64,000 nt of DNA from a virus. Of the stretch, positions 1 through 9,746 are shown piece by piece. Below the pieces are notes generated by a model, which saw nothing but the letters and a program-made list of their open reading frames with translations, searched no databases and was not told the origin of the DNA. The DNA lies in the IMG/VR virus record IMGVR_UViG_3300043446_004500, positions 89,678 to 153,677 of that record; one strand, written 5' to 3'. The stretch's first letter is position 1; every line of letters begins with the position of its first letter. The position numbers and the translations under genes were made by a program.

Positions 1-110
1 TAGAATCTGTTCCAAAACTAATTTCAAAGCCACTTAAAGAAAAAATTCGTTATGAAGCAATGGAACTTAATTTTCTGAAAAAGACCTCCCGAGCAAAATT
101 AATCTTTTAA
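1..110 (+). CDS. gp33: Late-transcription coactivator gp33, 3' end only (partial)
   Basis: Frame 3 reads ESVPKLISKPLKEKIRYEAMELNFLKKTSRAKLIF*, the cyanophage gp33 C-terminus. TAATG overlap with gp59; conserved 33-59-32 order. Confidence 0.85.
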   Translation, partial: ESVPKLISKPLKEKIRYEAMELNFLKKTSRAKLIF

Positions 111-706
111 TGGTCCCTTTTGATTGCTATAAAACATATCTTGCATTAAAAAATCATTTCACAAAAGATAGTTACGACTATCATAAGTATTGTAAAAAAA
201 CTAGAGCAACTGTTCAATCTTTTTATAAGAGGAAAGATAGGTTTTTCTTTGAAAAAATGTCCAGACAAAGAAATGAAAAGGAAGTAGAAGATTTCTTTGT
301 AGCAAATTTTGTTTCTTGTAATGATCCAGAATCTTTATGGATTGGTGAAATAATTAAAGAAGGAGAAGGTAGGTATAGGAATTGGCAGAAAAAACTGCAG
401 TCCTTATCCTACCTTTTTAAAGAAGAATCTCAGTCTCTCTTTGAAGAGAATAAGTTTGATGATGTTTTTAATTGTTCTAAAGGTCATCCCCCTCTTCTAA
501 AAAAATTCCTTATTGGGAAAATTAGTCTAGAAACATTGGTAATTTATGATAAAATATTCCTATTTGGGAATAAGTTTGATAAGAAACTTCAAGATCCAGT
601 GTGGGAAACCGTAAGTCGTAGAATTAAAAAATATAGTCCGTTTCTAAATATTGATGTATTTCTTTATCGTAAAATTTTAAAAGAATTGATCCTGGGGGAA
701 AAATGA
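110..706 (+). CDS. gp59: Helicase loader gp59
   Basis: PFDCYKTYLALKNHF...YDYHKY...KRKDRFFFEK motif; position between gp33 and gp32. Confidence 0.9.
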   Translation: MVPFDCYKTYLALKNHFTKDSYDYHKYCKKTRATVQSFYKRKDRFFFEKMSRQRNEKEVEDFFVANFVSCNDPESLWIGEIIKEGEGRYRNWQKKLQSLSYLFKEESQSLFEENKFDDVFNCSKGHPPLLKKFLIGKISLETLVIYDKIFLFGNKFDKKLQDPVWETVSRRIKKYSPFLNIDVFLYRKILKELILGEK

Positions 707-1047
707 GTTTTTTTGAATCTGAAGTTGTTCGTGCTGAAATGGTAGAAATATCAGAACTTCAAGAAGAAATATATTCTAATGTATTTGAATTTCCTAGTAT
801 GTCAAAAGAGGAAAAAATTGAACATGTCAACATATTAGAAAAACTTCTTGACAAACAAAAAGTTTTGTATACACGTTTGAGTTTATCTGATGATCCAGAA
901 GCCCAGGAAATGAAAGAAAGAGTTATTGAATCTGCTCAATTGATGGGACTTCCTCCCAATGTTGACATGAATGTTATTTTTAACAACATGTCAAAAATGC
1001 TTGAGGTCATGAAAGAGCAGATTGACAAAACGGGTTCCGACCTGTAA
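703..1047 (+). CDS. Conserved cyanophage protein (DUF1825-like)
   Basis: MSFFESEVVRAEM...YTRLSLSDDPEA resembles the cyanobacterial/cyanophage DUF1825 family; typical position before gp32. Confidence 0.7.
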   Translation: MSFFESEVVRAEMVEISELQEEIYSNVFEFPSMSKEEKIEHVNILEKLLDKQKVLYTRLSLSDDPEAQEMKERVIESAQLMGLPPNVDMNVIFNNMSKMLEVMKEQIDKTGSDL

Positions 1048-1050
1048 AAT
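1022..1050 (+). promoter_or_regulatory. sigma70-like promoter for gp32
   Basis: TTGACA (1022-27), 17 nt, TAAAAT (1045-50). Confidence 0.75.
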
Positions 1051-1094
1051 AAAGAGGTACACAAAGGCCAAATCCAATTTAATCCGAGGTACAC

Positions 1095-2054
1095 ATGTCT
1101 AATTTCGCAAATCTTAAAAAACAATCTTCCGTTGGTTCACTTACCGAAAAACTAGTGAAGCAAGTAGAGAAGATGAACTCCACTTCTGGTGGTTCTGATG
1201 AACGTCTCTGGAAACCAGAAATGGATAAAACTGGAGTAGGTTCAGCAGTTATTCGTTTCCTTCCTGCCCCTGATGGAGAAGAACTTCCTTGGGTCAAGAT
1301 GTATTCCCATGGATTCCAAGGTCCTGGTGGTTGGTATATTGAAAACTCACTAACAACTCTTAGTCAAAAAGATCCCGTTACTGAGTACAACCGTATGCTC
1401 TGGAACAGTGGTAATCCTAAAGATCAAGACACTGTACGTAAGCAAAAACGCAAACTCTCTTACTACAGCAATATTTACGTCGTAAAGGATCCTCTTCATC
1501 CTGAGAATGAAGGTAAGGTATTCCTCTTCAAGTATGGTAAGAAAATCTTTGATAAGATTCTGAATGCTATGCAACCTGAGTTTGATGATGAAGAACCAAT
1601 CAATCCATTTGATTTCTGGAAAGGTGCTAACTTCCGTCTGAAGATTCGTAAGGTAGAAGGTTACTGGAACTATGACAAGTCAGAGTTTGATTCATCTTCA
1701 CCTCTTCTAGATGATGACGATGCACTAGAAGCACTATGGAAAAAAGAGCATTCTCTCTCTGCTCTGATTGCTCCAGATCAATTTAAAACCTACGAGGAAC
1801 TTGAGAAACGTCTGAACTATGTTCTGGGAATTAATCAGACAAGTTCTCCTACTCAATCCCGTGCTGTGGTTGAACAAGAAGATGATTATGAATCATATTC
1901 TCAACCAGTAAGTCGTGAAGAAAAAGTAATGGAAGAACTAGAACAATCTTATACTCGTTCTAAGTCACCTTCACCATCACTTCCTAAAATCACACAGGAT
2001 GATGAGGATGAAGATGATGCTCTCAGTTACTTCCAACGACTTGCAGAAGATTGA
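1095..2054 (+). CDS. gp32: Single-stranded DNA-binding protein gp32
   Basis: DERLWKP, AVIRFLP, HGFQGPGGWYIENSLTTL, GKVFLFKYGKKIFDKI, FDFWKGANF; acidic tail. Confidence 0.97.
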   Translation: MSNFANLKKQSSVGSLTEKLVKQVEKMNSTSGGSDERLWKPEMDKTGVGSAVIRFLPAPDGEELPWVKMYSHGFQGPGGWYIENSLTTLSQKDPVTEYNRMLWNSGNPKDQDTVRKQKRKLSYYSNIYVVKDPLHPENEGKVFLFKYGKKIFDKILNAMQPEFDDEEPINPFDFWKGANFRLKIRKVEGYWNYDKSEFDSSSPLLDDDDALEALWKKEHSLSALIAPDQFKTYEELEKRLNYVLGINQTSSPTQSRAVVEQEDDYESYSQPVSREEKVMEELEQSYTRSKSPSPSLPKITQDDEDEDDALSYFQRLAED

Positions 2055-2062
2055 TTAACTGA

Positions 2063-2875
2063 TTAACTGAATAACTTAATATTATCTCCTCTCTTCAGGG
2101 TTCTAGACACATACTGTTTAGAACCCTGTTTATATGGCATAATATCACTCATATCATTTAGTACAATATTTAAGTACTGTTTCTTAAGTAAAAATATATT
2201 TCTCTTCCCCTCTTCAAGTTTTACTTCATATTCATAGTTTGTAACTGGATTAGTAAATTCAGTTGTAGGAATTACAACCTCTGTTTGAAGCCCATTGTCA
2301 TAATATGAATAACCGATTACTAAGGTTGTGTTTCCATTTGCAGCAACAAACCTTCTAGTTTCTGGAAGGAAGTATGGAACTGCAACTCTTTTAACGGCAT
2401 CTTTTTCTACTACATATTCTACTCTATAACCTAGTCTTACTCCTTTTGGAATTAATGTTATTCCATTAGAATCCTTTACATCATTAGTTACTTCAAAGTG
2501 ATGAGGAGCATAAAAATCTGTTCCAGTATCTCCAACAGAATATAGATTTTCATAGGAACCATACTTATCTAAAACACAATTCTCAAAGGATTGCTGAGGC
2601 ATAGGCCATTCACTTTGAACATTCAAAATATTATTTGATAATAATACCAACCAATCTAGAGTCTCATCCCCATAATATTTAAATGCTACGTTATCTGGTC
2701 TTTCATCTCCAATAATATTATATTTTTCAAAGAACACAGCACTTTGAAATATTTCATCTCTAATCTTTCCTCTTTTGAAAAGATTTTTTACTGGTATGTA
2801 TTCTGAAATGTTTCTTTCTTTTGGGTTCCTATTGACATATTCAAAGTTAGGAACTTGTCTAAAGTAACTTGGCAT
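2063..2875 (-). CDS. gp53: Baseplate wedge subunit gp53
   Basis: YFRQVPNFEY, ERPDNVA..YYGD..LDWLVLLSNNI...EWP, VTNYEYE..LEEGKRNIFLLK. Confidence 0.88.
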   Translation of the reverse strand: MPSYFRQVPNFEYVNRNPKERNISEYIPVKNLFKRGKIRDEIFQSAVFFEKYNIIGDERPDNVAFKYYGDETLDWLVLLSNNILNVQSEWPMPQQSFENCVLDKYGSYENLYSVGDTGTDFYAPHHFEVTNDVKDSNGITLIPKGVRLGYRVEYVVEKDAVKRVAVPYFLPETRRFVAANGNTTLVIGYSYYDNGLQTEVVIPTTEFTNPVTNYEYEVKLEEGKRNIFLLKKQYLNIVLNDMSDIMPYKQGSKQYVSRTLKRGDNIKLFS

Positions 2876-2876
2876 C

Positions 2877-4274
2877 TTAGAAACCTATTGGGTGATCTTC
2901 TTCATAATCCTTATCATATAGTGGAACAAGTTCTGAAAATGTTAAGTTTATGGTATAAGAAACCATGGTTGCTTCATCATCAATAAATGTTGAATATGTA
3001 CCTAATGGAGTATAATCAACTACACAATTTTGCAATGCACACATTTTAATCAGATTAATAGATTTGTGATTATCACTCGTTCCTCCATTTATGTATTGTA
3101 TTCTAAAAATATTTGGAGCACCTAAAAATATTCCATTAATTTTTGGTGCCATATTTTTTTTGAATGCTCTAATAATTTTTTTTACAATATCAGACTCGTC
3201 TTCACTTCTTGGCGAAAGTTTAAATGTAAAATTAAATGGTCTTAATTGTGGACCTTGGAATAGTAATTCCATATTTGGATTTAAAATTCCACCAGTTGCT
3301 CTTGAAAGTAATCCTGGTGCTTGAACTGCTTGTTCAAGGAGAGCAGTAAGAAGTAAATTTTGAAATTGTCCACCATAGTTTTTTACAGTGGTTGCAATAT
3401 CTTGCATTCCTTTGCCTAATGCAGATGCAAAACCACCAGGACTAGTCATTCCCGTGGCTGAAGCTTTTACTAACATTCTTTGTAATTCATTTAATTCTCC
3501 TGGTCCCCAATTCACAACGTTTTGATCATTAATTGGTGCTTGTATTGGAAGAATTATTGGTTTTTCTGATGAAACTTTTTCATACAAATTAGTGTCTACA
3601 CTTGATCCAAATTTTTGATTTTCTCTTGCACTTTTAAAAGCATCTGGAAGTTTTTTATAATCCATGTCAGGATTTTTTTTCAATTTCCAAATTTCAAATC
3701 TTACATGATCTTGCGATTCAAGCATTTTTTCTGGATAAACAAGAACCGTTGGATCTTTTGTTACACGAAATGGTTGTTCATTTGGTGCTGTTGGTGCTGG
3801 AGTAGATCCACCTGTTGGAGAAGATTGTGAATTTGGATCTGTTGGTGCTGGAGTAGATCCTCCTCCTGGTGTTCCTTGTTGGTTTGGATCTGTTAGTTGT
3901 CTTCTTAAATTTGAATCTGAAAAGATAGAAGTTGCTTGATCATAATTTCCATTATCGCGTTCATTTCCAGGAGGATATGTTGTGAAGGTCCAATTTCCAT
4001 TCGGTTGTTGTACATATCCAGAGTGTTGAACATAAAATTTTCCAGTAGTGGGATCTCTTCCAGCATATTGACTTCCACTTACTTGAGATGTTGTTTGCTG
4101 AGAAACTGGTGCATTTGGGTTATTAATTATTGTATATGTTTTGTTAGCAACTCTTTGTGCTTCAGTTTCATTCGTTTCATAGTATATAAAAACTGTTTTT
4201 CCGTCCTCACTAGGTACTGATTTCCAGGGTAATTTCCTTCCTCCGTGCATAAAGGTTTGTTCTTTTAATGTCAT
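2877..4274 (-). CDS. gp48: Baseplate tail-tube cap gp48
   Basis: C-terminal NPNMELLFQGPQLRPFNFTFKLSPRS..E and CALQNCVVDYTP. Start moved to ATG 4274, which has an upstream GGAGGT SD. Confidence 0.88.
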   Translation of the reverse strand: MTLKEQTFMHGGRKLPWKSVPSEDGKTVFIYYETNETEAQRVANKTYTIINNPNAPVSQQTTSQVSGSQYAGRDPTTGKFYVQHSGYVQQPNGNWTFTTYPPGNERDNGNYDQATSIFSDSNLRRQLTDPNQQGTPGGGSTPAPTDPNSQSSPTGGSTPAPTAPNEQPFRVTKDPTVLVYPEKMLESQDHVRFEIWKLKKNPDMDYKKLPDAFKSARENQKFGSSVDTNLYEKVSSEKPIILPIQAPINDQNVVNWGPGELNELQRMLVKASATGMTSPGGFASALGKGMQDIATTVKNYGGQFQNLLLTALLEQAVQAPGLLSRATGGILNPNMELLFQGPQLRPFNFTFKLSPRSEDESDIVKKIIRAFKKNMAPKINGIFLGAPNIFRIQYINGGTSDNHKSINLIKMCALQNCVVDYTPLGTYSTFIDDEATMVSYTINLTFSELVPLYDKDYEEDHPIGF

Positions 4275-4333
4275 CAAATCACCTCCCAACCAAGAGGATT
4301 AACAATCTCAATTTTTTGTAGAGTATGAGACAT
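4274..4333 (-). CDS. 19-aa upstream peptide coupled to gp48 (MSHTLQKIEIVNPLGWEVI)
   Basis: ATG at 4333 downstream of a minus-strand TAAATA; its TGA overlaps the gp48 ATG (TGATG). Confidence 0.4.
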   Translation of the reverse strand: MSHTLQKIEIVNPLGWEVI

Positions 4334-4348
4334 TGATGAGAGTGGTTT

Positions 4349-4741
4349 TTATTTATTTAGACGGAATTTTTCATAAGGTATTGAAAGAAGTTCATCTAAT
4401 TCATTATACTTGACACTATAAAGTTTTCCGGCAACTTCTGCCCAAGTATAATTCCTATATTTTCTCCAATGAAAATTTAAACCTCTAAATCCCCAATTAA
4501 ACAATTTTGTACAAACAATTAAAGGGTGTTGATCGTATTCAATATCGGGAGTTTTTGGATTATATACAAAAGTATAAAACTTATCTTGTTCGGGAAGTAT
4601 GGAATCTTCTTTGAAGATTTCCATAATTAACAACATTAAATCTTCAGCATCAGTTACTTTTTCTTTGGCAATTCTTTTTTTTAATTCTCTAACTCTTGGA
4701 GTTGTTGATTTTTCTATGTACTGACCGAAACCTTCTGCCAT
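4349..4741 (-). CDS. gp2: DNA end protector gp2-like
   Basis: YTFVYNPKT..YDQHPL..FRGLNFHW; adjacent to gp4. Confidence 0.75.
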   Translation of the reverse strand: MAEGFGQYIEKSTTPRVRELKKRIAKEKVTDAEDLMLLIMEIFKEDSILPEQDKFYTFVYNPKTPDIEYDQHPLIVCTKLFNWGFRGLNFHWRKYRNYTWAEVAGKLYSVKYNELDELLSIPYEKFRLNK

Positions 4742-5184
4742 TATTTGATACCTAAGTGATCTTCTGTAACCAGCATAAATTCTATCATTCTATCTTTACA
4801 AAATTCTTCTGCTGCTTTCCACTTTGCTTGATTGACTGCATAAGTTCTGCATTCGTGCAGATAAGATTTAGTCACTCTTGATTTTTGTTTTGGTGGAACT
4901 GTTTGCTTCTTTGGTTTCACTTCAACAACATAAGTTTTAATTTGTCCTGATTGTTCTTTGACTTTAATAAGATAATCAGGAAAATATCTATGAACTCTAT
5001 TATCTATAGGTGACACATAAGGAACACAAAATTCCTCTGAAGCCCAGGAAACTATACTTGGATTATGGTCGCACCAATAACAAAATTTTCTTTCCCAACT
5101 ACTTCTACAAATAATATTATTATAGTCTCCTTTGTACTTGTTAGGATGAGAAGGTTTGTAGATGCTCTTGAGACTTTCTGCCAT
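4741..5184 (-). CDS. gp4: Head completion nuclease gp4
   Basis: KYKGD..IICRSSWERKF, WASEE, HRYFPD, VEVKP, NQAKW. Confidence 0.93.
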   Translation of the reverse strand: MAESLKSIYKPSHPNKYKGDYNNIICRSSWERKFCYWCDHNPSIVSWASEEFCVPYVSPIDNRVHRYFPDYLIKVKEQSGQIKTYVVEVKPKKQTVPPKQKSRVTKSYLHECRTYAVNQAKWKAAEEFCKDRMIEFMLVTEDHLGIK

Positions 5185-5214
5185 TATCCTGTCTACATAA
5201 TATATTAGTAAAAG

Positions 5215-5222
5215 TATTTATA
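5215..5222 (-). promoter_or_regulatory. T4-type late promoter TATAAATA driving gp4/gp2
   Basis: Exact TATAAATA on the minus strand ~30 nt upstream of the gp4 ATG. Confidence 0.7.
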
Positions 5223-5223
5223 G

Positions 5224-6027
5224 ATGGCTGGTCCCTCTACAAGAACATATTCTGTAGCAGACTTAAAAGCAAGGTTAATGAGACCTGCTTTAACTTCTCA
5301 TTATGTGTGCAGATTTCAACCTCCTCAAGATGTTGTAGAATGGATGGCAGCAAGATCTGATGCAGGTGCTTCTGGAGAAAACTATAATGATACTTTTATT
5401 CAAGAATTGATTGAAATTTCTTGTTCTGAAGCATCTTTGCCAGGATCATCACTGACTACAAACGATGTGAATGATGATTATACTGGTGTAACCCAAAAGT
5501 TTGCGTATAGAAGATTATATGATTCTACTGCAGACTTTACTTTTTATGTTGATAATAATTACACGACTCTTAGTTTTTTTGAAGGTTGGTTGTCTTATAT
5601 TGTAAGAGAAGACATAACCAGTGGAGTTCAAAATGAAAATTATTTTTATCGTGTAAGATTTCCAGAATCTTATAGAACACCTTATTTGTATATTACCAAA
5701 TTTGAAAAAGATCATAACAGTCTTGAATCTGGACCATATTTGAATTATCAATTTATTGGAGCATATCCAATAAGCATTTCTTCAATGCCAGTAAATTATG
5801 ATCAATCTCAATTATTAAAGTGTACTGTTTCTTTTACTTATGATAGATATGTACTTACTAAAACTCCGTTAAGTCCACTTCAAAGAGGATTTATTCAAGA
5901 TAGACTTGTTCGTGAAGATAATGCAAGAGGAGCAGCTGCAGCAGCTGCTGGACGTGGATTGGAAGAATTAAATAGAGCAAACGAAGAAGCATATTATAGA
6001 GCAAATCCTGATCAAAGACCTAAATAA
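5224..6027 (+). CDS. gp54: Baseplate tail-tube initiator (gp54/gp19-like)
   Basis: CSEASLPG, FTFYVD, FFEGW, AYPISISSMPVNY, CTVSFTYDRY tail-tube-fold motifs. Confidence 0.7.
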   Translation: MAGPSTRTYSVADLKARLMRPALTSHYVCRFQPPQDVVEWMAARSDAGASGENYNDTFIQELIEISCSEASLPGSSLTTNDVNDDYTGVTQKFAYRRLYDSTADFTFYVDNNYTTLSFFEGWLSYIVREDITSGVQNENYFYRVRFPESYRTPYLYITKFEKDHNSLESGPYLNYQFIGAYPISISSMPVNYDQSQLLKCTVSFTYDRYVLTKTPLSPLQRGFIQDRLVREDNARGAAAAAAGRGLEELNRANEEAYYRANPDQRPK

Positions 6028-6054
6028 TCACACCTGAAAATTCTATAGGACATC

Positions 6055-6774
6055 ATGCCATTACCTAAGATTTCTACACCAACTTATGAACTTGAGTTGC
6101 CTTCATCTGGACAAACAATCAAGTACAGACCATTTCTAGTAAGAGAAGAAAAACTTCTGGTTCTTGCTATGGAATCGGAAGACACAAAAGAAATTACAAC
6201 AGCAATTAAGGCAGTAATTAAAAATTGTATTGAAACGAAAGGAATTAAAGTAGAGACTCTTCCTACTTTTGATATTGAATATATCTTTTTAAATATTCGT
6301 GCAAAGTCAGTTGGAGAAGATATTGAAGTTAATATTCTCTGCCCTGATGACGAGGAAACTTCTGTTCCTGTAAAAATTAGTGTTGATGATATTAAAGTTC
6401 AAAAGAACGAAGAACACAATAAGCAGATTAAAGTAGATGACAATATTATGATGGAAATGAAATATCCATCACTTGAGCAATTTATTAAAAATAATTTTGA
6501 CATCTCAAATCAAAGTAATGTTGAGCAATCTTTTGATTTAATTGCTTCTTGTATTGATAAAATTTATACTGAAGATGAAGTTTGGTCAGCATCTGATGTG
6601 ACTAAAAAGGAACTTAATGAATTTCTTGATCAAATGAACTCTGTTCAATTTAAACAGATTGAAAAGTTCTTTGAAACTATGCCCAAACTATCTCATAAAA
6701 TTTCAGTTACTAATCCAAATACTGGAGTTGAAAGTGAAGTTGTTCTAGAGGGTCTTTCCAGTTTTTTCGCCTAG
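6055..6774 (+). CDS. gp26: Baseplate hub assembly protein (cyanophage gp26-like)
   Basis: MPLPKI.TPTYELELPS, YRPFLVREEK.L, FDIEYIFLNIRAKSVGE, C-terminal LEGLSSFFA. Confidence 0.88.
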   Translation: MPLPKISTPTYELELPSSGQTIKYRPFLVREEKLLVLAMESEDTKEITTAIKAVIKNCIETKGIKVETLPTFDIEYIFLNIRAKSVGEDIEVNILCPDDEETSVPVKISVDDIKVQKNEEHNKQIKVDDNIMMEMKYPSLEQFIKNNFDISNQSNVEQSFDLIASCIDKIYTEDEVWSASDVTKKELNEFLDQMNSVQFKQIEKFFETMPKLSHKISVTNPNTGVESEVVLEGLSSFFA

Positions 6775-6776
6775 GA

Positions 6777-6953
6777 ATGTCCCATATGAACTTGGAGAAT
6801 TACTTCAAGTTAAACTTTGCCTTGATGCAGTATCATAAATATTCATTAACAGAGATTGAAAATATGATGCCTTGGGAAAGGGACATCTATGTGATTTTAC
6901 TTCAACAGCATCTGGAAGAAGAAGAACAAAGATTAAAACAAGCAAATGGATGA
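6777..6953 (+). CDS. gp51: Baseplate hub assembly catalyst (cyanophage gp51-like); absent from ORF track
   Basis: MSHMNLENYFKLNFALMQYHKYSLTEIENMMPWERDIYVILLQQHLEEEEQRLKQANG; characteristic LMQYHKYSLTEIE.MMPWER. Confidence 0.85.
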   Translation: MSHMNLENYFKLNFALMQYHKYSLTEIENMMPWERDIYVILLQQHLEEEEQRLKQANG

Positions 6954-9744
6954 TCAGGATTCTAATAATCAAGTCATAACTATAGAACCTGAGATTTCTC
7001 AAATTCTTGGGTTACAGGATGACTTTGATTTAGATCCTGATGAATATTTGCAACTTGTAAGAGAGAAGTTAGTTCAATATGATTTTTTAAGTGGTTCTAA
7101 TGAAATTACAGATGAGCAAAAAGAAGAACAAAGATTATTAGCAACTAAAGTTAGAGAAATACGAGGTCAAAAAAGAGAAGGTGTTGTAAAATATAATACA
7201 GGTAAAGTAGGAAAAAAGATAAATGTAGACTCTTTTTTTGGAAGAAAACCGGAAGAAGAACAGGATCAGAAAAAAATTACCGATCCGTCAAAACTTCTTC
7301 CTGGAACTGCTGCTAAAACAGGTGACATAATTAAATATAAATCCCAACAAGTTGAAGATTTAAAACAACCAGAAGAGAAAAAAGAAAATAAAGAAATTGC
7401 TACAATATTAAAAATATTAGATTCTATTTTAGACACATTAAAAAATAATTTTAAGTTTGATCAGAAAAAAACGGAAGTAGATAGAAAAGACAAAGAAAAG
7501 AAGAAGAGGGAAGCAAGAGAATCTAATCTTGAAAAAGGATTTGGAATGGTTAAAGGTGCCATTCAAAAAATGCTGGCACCATTTCAAAATATTCTTGATG
7601 CGATTTGGAGATATATTTTCTTTACTTTCTTAGGTAAAATGTTTACCGATTTGATGAATTGGTTGAAAGATCCTAAGAATAAAAAGAAAATAGAAGTTAT
7701 TGGTAGATTCTTAAAGGACTGGTGGCCTTTATTATTGGGTGCTTATCTTTTATTTGCATCTCCTCTTGGGTTGTTTATCAAAGGTGCAATCAAATTAATT
7801 GGAGGTTTAACTTCTCAGATTCTTAAACTTCTTCCAAGATTATTAAAACTTTCTGGAAGTTTGCTAAGAGGTGCTGCGTCTGCGGCAAGAGCTGCTGCAC
7901 CACTTTTAACAAGTCCAGAAGTTGTGATTCCAGCAACGGTTTTGGGCGCTGGTGTTGTAATAAATGAACTAACAGGACAAAGAAAAGCAGCACCAGTACA
8001 AGCAGAAAATAAGGCAAGAGCACAAACAGGAAAAGGTTTAGGTGTTCAGGGTGTTGATACTGCTGCAGAATCAAAAGCAGCAAAAGCACCAACTCCAGGA
8101 AGTATGGGTCCAACAACACCTTATGGACTTTTGCAAGGTGTAAAACTTGGTGGAATTGTTCGTAGTCCTCGTAACATACGCAGATATACAAATGGAGCAG
8201 AAGTTGTTGAAGATGGATATAGTGGAGTAGATTCTGATACCGGAATTTCAATTACTGGTGCAGGTAAAGATACACAATTGATTGCAGCAAGACCAGGAGA
8301 AGTTGTATTAACTCCAGAGGATGCTGGACACATTCAACAAAAAACAGGATTTGATGTTTATAAATTTGTAGGAAACAGAAAACCTGGATATACTAATTTT
8401 AATAAAATTAAAACATCTGGTGGAATTTCTCTTGCAAATAAAGGAGGAATTTTAGGATTTGCTGATGGTGGTATTGTTGGAGGAAATACACCTCAACAAT
8501 CAGAAAATCCAAAAATAAATTTACCCGATTATTACTCTTTATTAGCAATATCCGCATTAGAAGATGATAAACCTCAAGGTAGAGCAGACGTTGCACAATC
8601 AATTTACAATAGATTGCTTGCAGCAAATAGGTATGGTGTTAATTTCTATCAAAGAACTAATAGTTTGAAAGATTTAATTACTGCCGGAGGAGGAAAAAAA
8701 GATGGAGGTCAATATGAACCAACTTTTTCAAATAAGGGCGATTGGTTAAATATCAAGGATAAAAATAGTGCAGTGATTGCAATTATGAACTCCAAAAAAG
8801 GTAGAGATCATAAGTGGACTTTTAAAGATGCTATGGATCAGTTGAATGCTACAGAATCTGCTCTTAGAAATCCATCTTTACAATCATCTGCCCAAAAACA
8901 TGTTGGTGGAAGAGCATATTTCTTAGGAACTTCTGAACAAAAAAATATGAAACCTGGTTCTGGTGATGTTTTAAGAGGAAAAGAATATAATTATTTTTCT
9001 CCTTGGTTTTTGGAAGGAAAACCATACGATAAAGAAAGAAGAAATATTGCTTCTCCAATTCCTCAAATGCTATTACCTAAACCCGAATCAACATCAGGAA
9101 CGGAATCTTCAAATATTTCTCAAGATAAAAATAAACAAAATCCAATTCAAAATTTTGCTTCCAATATTTTTAACTTATTTTCGTCACCACCATCAGGATT
9201 TGCAAAACCTACAAAGACTAAACCTTCATCAAAACCACCAAAGAGATGGGCAATTGATCCTCGTGGATGGTTTGGTATGCAAGGTGGAGGTTCTATTATG
9301 CCAATAACAACTAAAATTGGAATACCTACATCTAAAATGAATATTGAAGCAGGTGCTGATACACAATATCTTCCTCAATACAACGTTGCAGTTCAACCTG
9401 GAGAGCAATTATTTAAATATGTAATTCCAAAAGATGCTGCCGAAAAGGGTGCAGGAAATCAATTATTATATGCTGCAAATAAGATTATTGGAGATAAAGA
9501 TTCAAATTCAAACGCAGCAAAGATTGGAATAAGAAATAAATCCATAGGAATAAAACCATATTCATCTGGAGGATTAAATAGTAGTAATATTACTATGCTT
9601 CCTCCTATTAAAAATTCTTCAATGAGTGGACAAGGAGTAAAAGGATCCATAAGTGGTTCTCAACATTATTCCTTTAGTCCTGTTCTAGATTCTGCTTTTG
9701 ATGTTAGAAAAATGAATTGCGATATCTACGAAATCGTTGATTAA
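6946..9744 (+). CDS. Tape-measure-like tail protein with SleB-like cell-wall hydrolase domain
   Basis: Coiled coil and hydrophobic helices, then LLAISALE...DVAQSIYNR...GQYEP (about 8530-9030); position after gp26/gp51. Confidence 0.65.
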   Translation: MDDQDSNNQVITIEPEISQILGLQDDFDLDPDEYLQLVREKLVQYDFLSGSNEITDEQKEEQRLLATKVREIRGQKREGVVKYNTGKVGKKINVDSFFGRKPEEEQDQKKITDPSKLLPGTAAKTGDIIKYKSQQVEDLKQPEEKKENKEIATILKILDSILDTLKNNFKFDQKKTEVDRKDKEKKKREARESNLEKGFGMVKGAIQKMLAPFQNILDAIWRYIFFTFLGKMFTDLMNWLKDPKNKKKIEVIGRFLKDWWPLLLGAYLLFASPLGLFIKGAIKLIGGLTSQILKLLPRLLKLSGSLLRGAASAARAAAPLLTSPEVVIPATVLGAGVVINELTGQRKAAPVQAENKARAQTGKGLGVQGVDTAAESKAAKAPTPGSMGPTTPYGLLQGVKLGGIVRSPRNIRRYTNGAEVVEDGYSGVDSDTGISITGAGKDTQLIAARPGEVVLTPEDAGHIQQKTGFDVYKFVGNRKPGYTNFNKIKTSGGISLANKGGILGFADGGIVGGNTPQQSENPKINLPDYYSLLAISALEDDKPQGRADVAQSIYNRLLAANRYGVNFYQRTNSLKDLITAGGGKKDGGQYEPTFSNKGDWLNIKDKNSAVIAIMNSKKGRDHKWTFKDAMDQLNATESALRNPSLQSSAQKHVGGRAYFLGTSEQKNMKPGSGDVLRGKEYNYFSPWFLEGKPYDKERRNIASPIPQMLLPKPESTSGTESSNISQDKNKQNPIQNFASNIFNLFSSPPSGFAKPTKTKPSSKPPKRWAIDPRGWFGMQGGGSIMPITTKIGIPTSKMNIEAGADTQYLPQYNVAVQPGEQLFKYVIPKDAAEKGAGNQLLYAANKIIGDKDSNSNAAKIGIRNKSIGIKPYSSGGLNSSNITMLPPIKNSSMSGQGVKGSISGSQHYSFSPVLDSAFDVRKMNCDIYEIVD

Positions 9745-9746
9745 AG

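Noticed and set aside
2053-2070. GATTAACT duplication at the gp32/gp53 convergence as an att site
   Set aside because: Too short and AT-rich; no integrase or partner site seen.
6805-7002. Minus-strand 65-aa ORF in the track
   Set aside because: The real gene is gp51-like on the plus strand (6777-6953).
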